Source: an uncultured Bacteroidales bacterium
GTDB taxonomy: Bacteria; Bacteroidota; Bacteroidia; Bacteroidales; UBA11471
DNA length: 64,000 nucleotides
Direction of reading: 5' to 3'
NCBI GenBank assembly: GCA_944325415.1
Contig: CALUZW010000005.1
Location: forward strand, 22,500 to 86,499
The notes under the pieces were generated by a model that did no database searches, was not told the origin of the DNA, and saw nothing but the letters and a program-made list of their open reading frames with translations. Each line of letters opens with the position of its first letter. Position 1 is the first letter of the stretch. Positions 53,054 through 61,306 of this stretch are shown piece after piece. Made by a program: the position numbers and the translations under genes.

Positions 53054-54256
53054 CTATTTGGTCGAGAAGAGGACAATGCGGTTCCAGCTGTTGTCCTGCG
53101 GATAGGGCTGACAGGCACTGCCGCCGGCCACCATCTCGATGCGGCTGGCCGGTATGTTGTACTGCTTGATGAGGGTATCCATAACGGCCTGGGCCCGTTT
53201 CTGACTCAACTGTTTGTTATAGGCCGGCGTACCGGTCTTTTCGTCGGCATAGCCCGTAACGACAAGTTTACAGTTTTTATTTGCTTTCATGTATTGAGCC
53301 ACGTTATAGATGTTGACCATCTCTACCGGAGCAATCTGCGCACTGTTTATCGAGAAGCGTACAACCGACATGAGCTTGCCACCGCATTTGGGCGTCGTAT
53401 CGGCTGGTGCCGGAGCCGTCTTGTAGATAATAACCTTCTCGGGAGGAGGCAAGGGTCGGCTTTCGCACTCTTCGAGTTCCTCGCGCAGGTCATTGATACG
53501 CTCGTTCATAGACGACACAAGAGCCTGTTCGGCATAAGGATTGTATGAGCAGAAACGTTCCTTGCCGAAATTGACCGTGATACCGGCAATTGCCGAGACA
53601 ATCGTCTCGATGCGACGGCTGGCCCAGTACTGCTCCGAAAAGTTGTTGCTCATCATGTTGGCACGTCCCTCAATAAAGAAGTCGGCATAGTGGCACAGGC
53701 GGAAGTTGATATTGATACCGGCCGATACGGGGAAAAGATAGGTATCACGCCCGGCCATCTCGTTTTTGAAGGTATACATGGCACCCACACCGGCAAAGGG
53801 GCGGAACGAAACGATACGCATGGGGTCGTACCCGCCCAGTGCATTGGTCAGATCCCACATCAAGTCTCCGTAGAGAGCCACATAACGGGCCGTCTGCGGC
53901 TCTCCCACGCGGGGCCACATCTTCTTGACACTTCCCCCCATAAAGTCGAGACGCAGAGCCAGATAGGGCGAAAGCCATTTACCGGCAGCCACATCGAGAG
54001 CCAGCGTAAACTGTTGCTTACCACGGTGGAGTGACTTGACGTAGGTCTGTGTGCCGACACCCACCGACATAAACCAGTTGCTTCTCGCCCCTTTGCTGCT
54101 GTAATACTGCGTACCGGGCAACGGCTGCACCTCGACAATCTCTTCCTCGACGACAAGAGTCTGAGCCGACAGATTCGGTACCGACAAGAATCCGGCCGCG
54201 GCAAACAGTGCCACCGCGCCCCATAAACGTTTTTTTGTTTCCATACGATTTATCAA
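53054..54256 (-). CDS. OmpA-family outer membrane protein (beta-barrel + OmpA_C peptidoglycan-binding domain)
   Basis: 400-aa ORF with a signal peptide. The C-terminal VVTGYADEKTGTPAYNKQLSQKRAQAV is an OmpA-like motif. Confidence 0.85.
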   Translation of the reverse strand: MINRMETKKRLWGAVALFAAAGFLSVPNLSAQTLVVEEEIVEVQPLPGTQYYSSKGARSNWFMSVGVGTQTYVKSLHRGKQQFTLALDVAAGKWLSPYLALRLDFMGGSVKKMWPRVGEPQTARYVALYGDLMWDLTNALGGYDPMRIVSFRPFAGVGAMYTFKNEMAGRDTYLFPVSAGININFRLCHYADFFIEGRANMMSNNFSEQYWASRRIETIVSAIAGITVNFGKERFCSYNPYAEQALVSSMNERINDLREELEECESRPLPPPEKVIIYKTAPAPADTTPKCGGKLMSVVRFSINSAQIAPVEMVNIYNVAQYMKANKNCKLVVTGYADEKTGTPAYNKQLSQKRAQAVMDTLIKQYNIPASRIEMVAGGSACQPYPQDNSWNRIVLFSTK

Positions 54257-54469
54257 AAATTTTTATCGTTCCCGGACAAACCAAAAGACACGCCTTCCTC
54301 CCGGGAAACGAGAAAAGGGCGTCTGCGTTCACAGCACCTATATAACAGAAAGGGTAGGCATTATGTTCGGCAACCTTCATATTTGGAAACAAAAGAACAA
54401 GTCAATTGCAGAAAAATCAAAACTTTTATAAAAATGGGAAGAGAGCGGCAAGGGATAGCGAATAATTAT

Positions 54470-54477
54470 TAACTTTG
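54470..54477 (+). promoter_or_regulatory. candidate -7 promoter box for the LytM-dxr-rseP unit
   Basis: taactttg, 58 nt upstream of ATG 54535. Confidence 0.4.
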
Positions 54478-54534
54478 CAAATTAGGATAGTTCTTCCTCG
54501 CGCAATGCACGCGTAATACCGTAAGAGACAAAGT

Positions 54535-55398
54535 ATGCAAACCAGCAACAAACTGAAATCGGTGTGGAAAAAGCTCCGGTTCTCCTATAAACTCACCATC
54601 TTCAACGAACACACGTTGGAGCAGGTTGTGATGCTGCGTATCTCGCGGCTGACGGTTATCCTGTCGATATTCGTTGCCGTTGTCCTTATCGGAGGCCTGA
54701 CAACCTACCTCATAACACGCACTCCGCTGCGCCGCACCCTGCCGGGATACATAAGTCCCGAAATGCGCCGGCAAATCGTCGACAACGCCCTTGCCGTCGA
54801 CTCACTTTCCCGCATGGTAAGCATACAGAAGGCCTATCTGGACAATCTCTCCAACATCTTCTCGGGCAATATCCCTCTCGACTCCATCGACATCAACAGC
54901 GAGCAGGCTCTTCACACCTACTCCATCGATTCACTACTGCCGGCATCGAGCACGACCAACTCATTCATGCGCAAATATGCCGAAGAGGGAAAATACACCC
55001 TTGACGTCTTCAACCAGAACGTAGCCGATAACCTGATATTCTATCCTCCGGTCAAAGGTCGGGTAACACAAACATTCAACCCCGAACGCCAAATCTTCGG
55101 CATACGCATCACACCTTCGCGCCAGTCGCCGGTAGCCGCCGTCCTCGACGGGACAGTCATTGCCACCTATTTCAGCGCCGAAGAGGGATATGTCATCGAA
55201 ATTCAACACAACAACAATTACATATCGATATACCGCTGCAACGACCGGCTGCTGAAATCGGTCGGGCAGAAAGTTGTCGAGGGAGAAAACATCGCCATAT
55301 CGGGCAACCTCATCGAAGGGAAGATACGCCCCTATGTCGAGTTTCAGCTCTGGCATCAGGGCGTTCCTCTCAACCCTTCGGAATATATCCACTTTTGA
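54535..55398 (+). CDS. membrane-anchored M23/LytM-domain protein with degenerate metal-binding motifs
   Basis: 287-aa ORF with an N-terminal TM segment. The C-terminal LytM-like fold is GRVTQTF...FGIRI...VAAVLDGTVI...GYVIEIQHNNNYISIY...GQKVVEGENI. The HxxxD and HxH zinc motifs are replaced (FGIRI, YVEFQLW). Confidence 0.7.
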   Translation: MQTSNKLKSVWKKLRFSYKLTIFNEHTLEQVVMLRISRLTVILSIFVAVVLIGGLTTYLITRTPLRRTLPGYISPEMRRQIVDNALAVDSLSRMVSIQKAYLDNLSNIFSGNIPLDSIDINSEQALHTYSIDSLLPASSTTNSFMRKYAEEGKYTLDVFNQNVADNLIFYPPVKGRVTQTFNPERQIFGIRITPSRQSPVAAVLDGTVIATYFSAEEGYVIEIQHNNNYISIYRCNDRLLKSVGQKVVEGENIAISGNLIEGKIRPYVEFQLWHQGVPLNPSEYIHF

Positions 55399-55412
55399 CC
55401 GTACACGCTTAT

Positions 55413-56567
55413 ATGGGGACAAAACGACAATTAGCCATACTGGGGTCGACCGGCTCGATAGGCACACAAGCCCTGCAAGTGGTAGCCGAGCACGCCGACT
55501 TGTTTGAAATATATGCACTCACCGCCCATCGCAACGTCGACCTGCTGATAGAGCAAGCCCGCCGCTTCTCGCCCGAGGCTGTGGTCATTGCCGATGAAAG
55601 CCTCTATCCCAAACTGAAAGAGGCCCTGAGCGACAAACCCATAAAGACCTATGCCGGCAGTGAAGCCATTGCCCAGATTGTAGAGGCTCAACCCATCGAC
55701 ATGGTACTCACCGCCATGATGGGATATGCCGGCCTCTACCCCACCATACGCGCCATCAAGGCCGGTAAAGCCATTGCCCTGGCCAACAAGGAGACTCTCG
55801 TTGTGGCCGGTGAGCTGATTACCCGCCTGGCCTATGAACACCGGGTACCCATCATTCCCGTCGATTCGGAACACTCGGCCATTTTCCAATGTCTGGCCGG
55901 AGAAAACAACAACGCCATCGACAAAATCATACTCACGGCATCGGGCGGACCGTTCCGCACCCTCTCGGCCGAAGCATTGCGACACGTTACCAAAAACGAA
56001 GCCCTCAAACACCCCAACTGGAAAATGGGTGCCAAAATCACCATCGACTCGGCATCGATGATGAACAAGGGTTTTGAAGTCATCGAGGCACAATGGCTTT
56101 TCAACGTCGCCCCCGAACAGATAGAGGTCGTCGTACACCCCCAGTCGATTGTACACTCCATGGTACAGTTCCAGGACGGAGCCATCAAAGCCCAACTGGG
56201 GCTTCCCAACATGAAACTGCCCATACAATATGCCTTCTCCTATCCACACCGTCTGCCCAGCGCCGACCCCAAGCCCCGGATGGAAGATTACATGACCCTC
56301 ACCTTTGAACGGCCCGATACCGAACGCTTCCCGCTGCTGGGGTATGCCTACGACGCCATGCGTCGGGGTGGAAACATGCCCTGCATCATGAATGCCGCCA
56401 ACGAAATCGTGGTCGACGCCTTCCTGCACGACCGCATCGCCTTTACCGACATGCCCCGGCTCATTGCCCGGGCCATGGAGCAGGTAGCCTTTGTCGCATC
56501 GCCCACCTACGACGATTATGTGGCGACCGACCACGAGACCCGATGCCTTACCCGCGAATGGATTTAA
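55413..56567 (+). CDS. dxr: 1-deoxy-D-xylulose-5-phosphate reductoisomerase
   Basis: LAILGSTGSIGTQ NADPH loop, LANKE, DSEHSA and NAANE blocks. ATG 55413 is preferred over the TTG at 55395. Confidence 0.95.
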   Translation: MGTKRQLAILGSTGSIGTQALQVVAEHADLFEIYALTAHRNVDLLIEQARRFSPEAVVIADESLYPKLKEALSDKPIKTYAGSEAIAQIVEAQPIDMVLTAMMGYAGLYPTIRAIKAGKAIALANKETLVVAGELITRLAYEHRVPIIPVDSEHSAIFQCLAGENNNAIDKIILTASGGPFRTLSAEALRHVTKNEALKHPNWKMGAKITIDSASMMNKGFEVIEAQWLFNVAPEQIEVVVHPQSIVHSMVQFQDGAIKAQLGLPNMKLPIQYAFSYPHRLPSADPKPRMEDYMTLTFERPDTERFPLLGYAYDAMRRGGNMPCIMNAANEIVVDAFLHDRIAFTDMPRLIARAMEQVAFVASPTYDDYVATDHETRCLTREWI

Positions 56568-56604
56568 CGCTAAAAACTGTTTTTCTATACACCACAGCCG
56601 ACTT

Positions 56605-57924
56605 ATGGAAACTTTTCTGATAAAAGCCGCACAACTCATGCTCAGCCTCTCGATTCTGGTATTCATACACGAATTGGGACACTTCTTTTTCTCCCGCCTC
56701 TTCAAAGTAAGAGTCGAGAAATTCTATCTCTTCTTCGACCCTTGGTTCTCACTGTTCAAATACAAACCCAAAAACAGCGATACCGAATACGGTATAGGCT
56801 GGCTGCCGCTGGGCGGCTATGTAAAAATAGCCGGAATGATAGACGAGTCGATGGACAAGGAACAGATGGCCCAACCCGAAAAACCGTGGGAATTCCGTTC
56901 CAAGCCGGCCTGGCAACGGCTGCTCATCATGACGGCCGGCGTCATCAACAACTTCCTGCTCGCCCTCATCATCTACGCCATGATAGCCTTTGTATGGGGC
57001 GACACGATACTCCCCATAAAAAACATCGGCAACGGCCTCGTATATAGCGAGGTGGCACAGAACGCCGGCTTCCGCGACGGAGACATACCGCTGACTGCCG
57101 ACGGACAGGCACTCTATGACTTCTCGGGCGAGACAATTCGTGCCTTGGCCGAAGCCCATGAAGTAGAGGTGATGCGCAACGGCGAGGTAGTAAAACTCAC
57201 TCTCCCCGACGACCTCATGCTGCAACTCATCGGCGCCAACCAGCGCTTTGCCAGTTGCCGCATGCCGGTTGTAGTGCAAAGTGCCGTAGCCGGCTACGGA
57301 GCTGCCGATGCCGGAATGCAGGAGGGCGACAGCATCATCGCCGTGAACGGAGCCGCCACCCCCGACTATACCGACTTCACGGCCGCCATCGGTGCCCATA
57401 AAGGGGGCTCGGCCGAGGTATCCTTTATCCGCAACGGTGCCGAAATGACCCTCCCGGTTGCCGTCAATGCCGAAGGTCAGATAGGCATCACGCTGGTACC
57501 GGCTACAACGTTCTATCCCACCGAGACCCGCTACTACGGATTTTTCGAGTCGATACCCAAAGGCATCAAGAAAGGTTTTGCTACACTGGCCGGCTATGTA
57601 GGCGACTTCAAATATGTCTTCACCAAAGAGGGCGCCAACAGTCTCGGCGGATTTGGAACCATAGGCAGCATCTTCCCCTCGGTATGGAACTGGGAAGCCT
57701 TCTGGGAAATGACAGCATTCCTCTCCATCATTCTGGCCTTCATGAACATACTGCCTATTCCCGCTCTCGATGGTGGCCATGTACTCTTCCTGCTTTACGA
57801 GGTCATTGCCCGCCGCAAGCCGAATGAGAAATTCATGGAGTATGCCCAGATTACCGGTATGGTACTGCTGTTTGCCCTGCTCATTTACGCCAACCTCAAC
57901 GATGTGATACGATTCTTCTTCTAA
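56605..57924 (+). CDS. rseP: RIP metalloprotease RseP (M50 site-2 protease with PDZ)
   Basis: METFLIKAAQLMLSLSILVFIHELGHFFFSR (HExxH in TM1) and NILPIPALDGGH. Start set at ATG 56605; the longer ORF overlaps dxr. Confidence 0.9.
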   Translation: METFLIKAAQLMLSLSILVFIHELGHFFFSRLFKVRVEKFYLFFDPWFSLFKYKPKNSDTEYGIGWLPLGGYVKIAGMIDESMDKEQMAQPEKPWEFRSKPAWQRLLIMTAGVINNFLLALIIYAMIAFVWGDTILPIKNIGNGLVYSEVAQNAGFRDGDIPLTADGQALYDFSGETIRALAEAHEVEVMRNGEVVKLTLPDDLMLQLIGANQRFASCRMPVVVQSAVAGYGAADAGMQEGDSIIAVNGAATPDYTDFTAAIGAHKGGSAEVSFIRNGAEMTLPVAVNAEGQIGITLVPATTFYPTETRYYGFFESIPKGIKKGFATLAGYVGDFKYVFTKEGANSLGGFGTIGSIFPSVWNWEAFWEMTAFLSIILAFMNILPIPALDGGHVLFLLYEVIARRKPNEKFMEYAQITGMVLLFALLIYANLNDVIRFFF

Positions 57925-57936
57925 TTTCGCATAATT

Positions 57937-59121
57937 ATGAAATACATACAGATAAAACTCAAACCCGGCAAAGAGGAGTCGCTGCGACGCTTCCACCCTT
58001 GGGTCTTCTCGGGCGCCATACACAGCATGACGGCCCAACCCGAAGAGGGCGACGTGGTGGAGGTATGCGACAACCACGGGCAGTTCATTGCCCTCGGTCA
58101 CTATCAGATAGGCAGCATCATGGTGAGAGTACTCACCTTTGAACGCGAAGAAATCGACCTCGCATTTTTCAAGAAACGCCTGCGGGCCGCCTACGACGTT
58201 CGTCAAAGCGTGGGTCTCATCGACAAGGAATACAACAACACCTACCGTCTCGTACACGGCGAGGGCGACTACCTGCCGGGCCTGATTATCGATATCTACG
58301 ACAAGACCGCCGTAATGCAGGCCCACTCACCAGGCATGCACTACGCCCGGCATCTGCTGGCCCAGGCCCTGCAAGAGGTCATGGGAGAGTCTCTCCAAAG
58401 CGTCTTCTACAAGTCCGAAACCACCCTTCCCTACAAGGCACAACTCGACGCCACCAACGAATACCTCATCGGCAACGACTGCGGAAACATCGCTACGGAA
58501 CGGGGGCTGAAATTTCATGTCGACTGGCTGAAAGGACAGAAGACGGGATTCTTTGTCGACCAGCGTGAAAACCGTGCCCTGCTCGAACGCTACGCCCACG
58601 GCCGCAACGTGCTGAATATGTTCTGCTACACCGGCGGATTCTCGTTTGCCGCCATGCGAGGGGGTGCCCGACTGGTACACTCGGTCGACAGCTCGTCGAA
58701 AGCCATTGACCTGACCAACAAGAACGTAGAGCTGAACTTCCCCGGCGACGAACGCCACAAGGCATTTGCCGAAGACGCTTTCAAGTTTCTCGAACAGATG
58801 GGCGACCAGTACAACCTCATCGTGCTCGACCCGCCGGCCTTTGCCAAGCATAAAAACGTGCTGCACAACGCCTTGCAGGGATACCGCAAACTCAATGCCC
58901 TGGCTTTTGAAAAGATACAGCCAGGCGGTCTGCTCTTTACCTTCTCCTGCTCGCAGGTGGTAAGCAAAAACGACTTCCGACTGGCGGTATTCAGCGCTGC
59001 CGCACAAGCCCGCCGACAGGTGCGCATCCTGCACCAGCTCACCCAGCCGGCCGACCACCCCATAAACATCTACCACCCCGAGGGCGAATACCTCAAAGGT
59101 CTGGTACTCTATGTCGAATAA
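57937..59121 (+). CDS. rlmI: class I SAM-dependent rRNA (cytosine-C5) methyltransferase, RlmI-like (PUA + MTase)
   Basis: 394-aa ORF with a PUA-like N-terminus, GQKTGFF.DQRENR, NMFCYTGGFS and VLDPPAFAK motifs. Confidence 0.75.
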   Translation: MKYIQIKLKPGKEESLRRFHPWVFSGAIHSMTAQPEEGDVVEVCDNHGQFIALGHYQIGSIMVRVLTFEREEIDLAFFKKRLRAAYDVRQSVGLIDKEYNNTYRLVHGEGDYLPGLIIDIYDKTAVMQAHSPGMHYARHLLAQALQEVMGESLQSVFYKSETTLPYKAQLDATNEYLIGNDCGNIATERGLKFHVDWLKGQKTGFFVDQRENRALLERYAHGRNVLNMFCYTGGFSFAAMRGGARLVHSVDSSSKAIDLTNKNVELNFPGDERHKAFAEDAFKFLEQMGDQYNLIVLDPPAFAKHKNVLHNALQGYRKLNALAFEKIQPGGLLFTFSCSQVVSKNDFRLAVFSAAAQARRQVRILHQLTQPADHPINIYHPEGEYLKGLVLYVE

Positions 59122-59158
59122 ACATTCATCACAACCCTAAACAATAAAAGAGAGAACA

Positions 59159-61207
59159 ATGAAAAAAACCTTCTTCACTATGATAACAGCAGCCACTCTA
59201 CTGTCGGCCTGCGCCGACAAAAACAGTGCCGACGCGCCCGCCGAGAATTTCAACTACTCGGTCGAGCAGTTTGCCGACCTCGAAATACTCCGCTACCGGG
59301 TACCGGGATTTGAAACCCTCTCCCTCCGGCAGAAAGAGCTTATCTACTACCTCACCGAAGCCGCTCTGCAAGGACGCGACATACTCTTCGACCAGAACGG
59401 CAAATGGAACCTCCCCATACGCCGCACGCTCGAAGCCGTCTACACCCAATACGCAGGCGACAAAGAGAGTGCCGATTTCAAGGCCTTGGAGAAATACCTG
59501 AAACAGGTGTGGTTTGCCAACGGTATTCACCACCACTACTCGACCGACAAGTTCACCCCCGAATTCAGCCAGGCCTTCTTCGAAGAGGCCGTGCGCTCCC
59601 TGCCGGCCGAGAGCCTGCCCCTCCAAGAGGGTGGAACCATAGATGAACTGCTGGCAAACATCTGCCCCGTCATCTTCAACCCCGACACCCTGGCCAAGCG
59701 AGTGAACCTCACCGCCGGCGAAGATCTCATCGCCACCTCGGCCAGCAACTACTACGACGGAGTAACACAAGCCGAGGCCGAAGCCTTCTACGGCGCCATG
59801 AAGACCCCCGGCGACACCATGCCTCCCTCTTACGGTCTCAACAGCCGGCTGGTAAAACGCAACGGAAAAATCTATGAAGAGGTAAACCGCATAGGCGGCC
59901 ATTACGGTGCCGCCATCGAAAGAATCGTCTACTGGCTCGAAAAAGCCGCCACGGTAGCCGAGAACGACAAGCAGCGTCAGGTTATCAACCTGCTCATCGA
60001 CTACTACCGCACGGGCGACCTCAAAACGTTTGACCAATACTCGATACAGTGGGTTACCGACCTCGACTCGCGCATCGACTTCGTCAACGGATTTATCGAA
60101 GTCTACGGCGACCCCATCGGACTGAAAGGCAGCTGGGAATCGATTGTCAACTTCAAAGACCTTGAAGCCTCGCACCGCACCGAAATCATCAGTGCCAACG
60201 CCCAGTGGTTTGAAGACAACTCTCCCACCGACACGGCCTTCAAGAAAGAAGAGGTCAAAGGTGTATCGGCCAAAGTCATCACCGCCGCCATTCTCGCCGG
60301 CGACTGCTACCCGTCGACACCCATCGGCATCAACCTTCCCAACGCCGACTGGATACGCCACCTGCACGGTTCAAAATCGGTAACCATCGAAAACATTACG
60401 TCGGCCTACGACAAAGCTGCACAGGGCAACGGCTTCAACCAGGAATTCATGTGGAGCGACACCGAGCGGAAACTGGTCGAAAAATATGGTTTCCTGGTCG
60501 ATAACCTCCACACCGACCTGCACGAATGTCTCGGACACGGCTCGGGCAAACTGCTTCCCGGCACCGACCCCGACGCCATGCGCTCATACAGCTCGACACT
60601 CGAAGAGACCCGTGCCGACCTCTTCGCCCTCTACTTCCTGGCCGACAAGAAACTCATCGAGGTGGGTCTCGTTCCCGATGCCGAAGCCTATAAAGCTGAA
60701 TATTACCGCTACATGATGAACGGCCTGATGACACAGCTCACCCGCATCGTTCCCGGAAAGAACATCGAGGAATCGCACATGCGCAACCGCCAGCTCATTG
60801 CCCGCTGGATTATGGAGAAAGGTGCCGACGACAAGGTACTCGAACTGAAAAAACGCGACGGCAAGACCTACGTTGTGGTCAACGACTACGAAAAGATGCG
60901 CACACTCATCGGCGAACTGCTGGCCGAGGTACAACGCATCAAATCGACCGGCGACTATGAAGCCGGGAAAAATCTCGTCGAGACCTACGGTGTGAAAGTC
61001 GATCCCGAACTGCACGCCGAAGTACTCGACCGTTACACCCACCTGGGCATCAAACCCTACAAAGGCTTTGTCAACCCCGTCTATACCCCCGTCTACGACA
61101 ACGAGGGTAACATCACCGACATCACCGTATCGTACAACGAGGGCTATGCCGAGCAGATGCTCCGCTACTCGCGCGACTACTCGCCGCTACCCTCCTACAA
61201 CGAATAA
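59159..61207 (+). CDS. dipeptidyl-peptidase III (M49) family lipoprotein
   Basis: 682-aa ORF with lipobox LLSAC. M49 motifs HECLGHGSG (HExxGH) and EETRADLFALY (EExRAD). Confidence 0.85.
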   Translation: MKKTFFTMITAATLLSACADKNSADAPAENFNYSVEQFADLEILRYRVPGFETLSLRQKELIYYLTEAALQGRDILFDQNGKWNLPIRRTLEAVYTQYAGDKESADFKALEKYLKQVWFANGIHHHYSTDKFTPEFSQAFFEEAVRSLPAESLPLQEGGTIDELLANICPVIFNPDTLAKRVNLTAGEDLIATSASNYYDGVTQAEAEAFYGAMKTPGDTMPPSYGLNSRLVKRNGKIYEEVNRIGGHYGAAIERIVYWLEKAATVAENDKQRQVINLLIDYYRTGDLKTFDQYSIQWVTDLDSRIDFVNGFIEVYGDPIGLKGSWESIVNFKDLEASHRTEIISANAQWFEDNSPTDTAFKKEEVKGVSAKVITAAILAGDCYPSTPIGINLPNADWIRHLHGSKSVTIENITSAYDKAAQGNGFNQEFMWSDTERKLVEKYGFLVDNLHTDLHECLGHGSGKLLPGTDPDAMRSYSSTLEETRADLFALYFLADKKLIEVGLVPDAEAYKAEYYRYMMNGLMTQLTRIVPGKNIEESHMRNRQLIARWIMEKGADDKVLELKKRDGKTYVVVNDYEKMRTLIGELLAEVQRIKSTGDYEAGKNLVETYGVKVDPELHAEVLDRYTHLGIKPYKGFVNPVYTPVYDNEGNITDITVSYNEGYAEQMLRYSRDYSPLPSYNE

Positions 61208-61230
61208 ATCCTTGGACATTCAACACACAA

Positions 61231-61259
61231 GAAAGGCTGAGCACAATGCTCAGCCTTTC
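61231..61259. terminator. bidirectional hairpin between convergent genes
   Basis: Perfect 13-bp stem gaaaggctgagca / tgctcagcctttc with a 3-nt loop. Confidence 0.75.
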
Positions 61260-61306
61260 TTGTTACTATTCATTTCACACTAAAAGCAGCATACGACAGA
61301 ATAGTG

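Noticed and set aside
56491-56604. Upstream extensions of rseP (56491), dxr (TTG 55395), the YczE-like gene (7500), GH28 (12291) and lipoprotein genes 1, 3 and 4 (20434, 24684, 25644)
   Set aside because: The extensions overlap upstream genes or promoter boxes and add non-signal-peptide residues. Internal ATGs give canonical N-termini (HExxH TM1, NADPH loop, lipoprotein signals).
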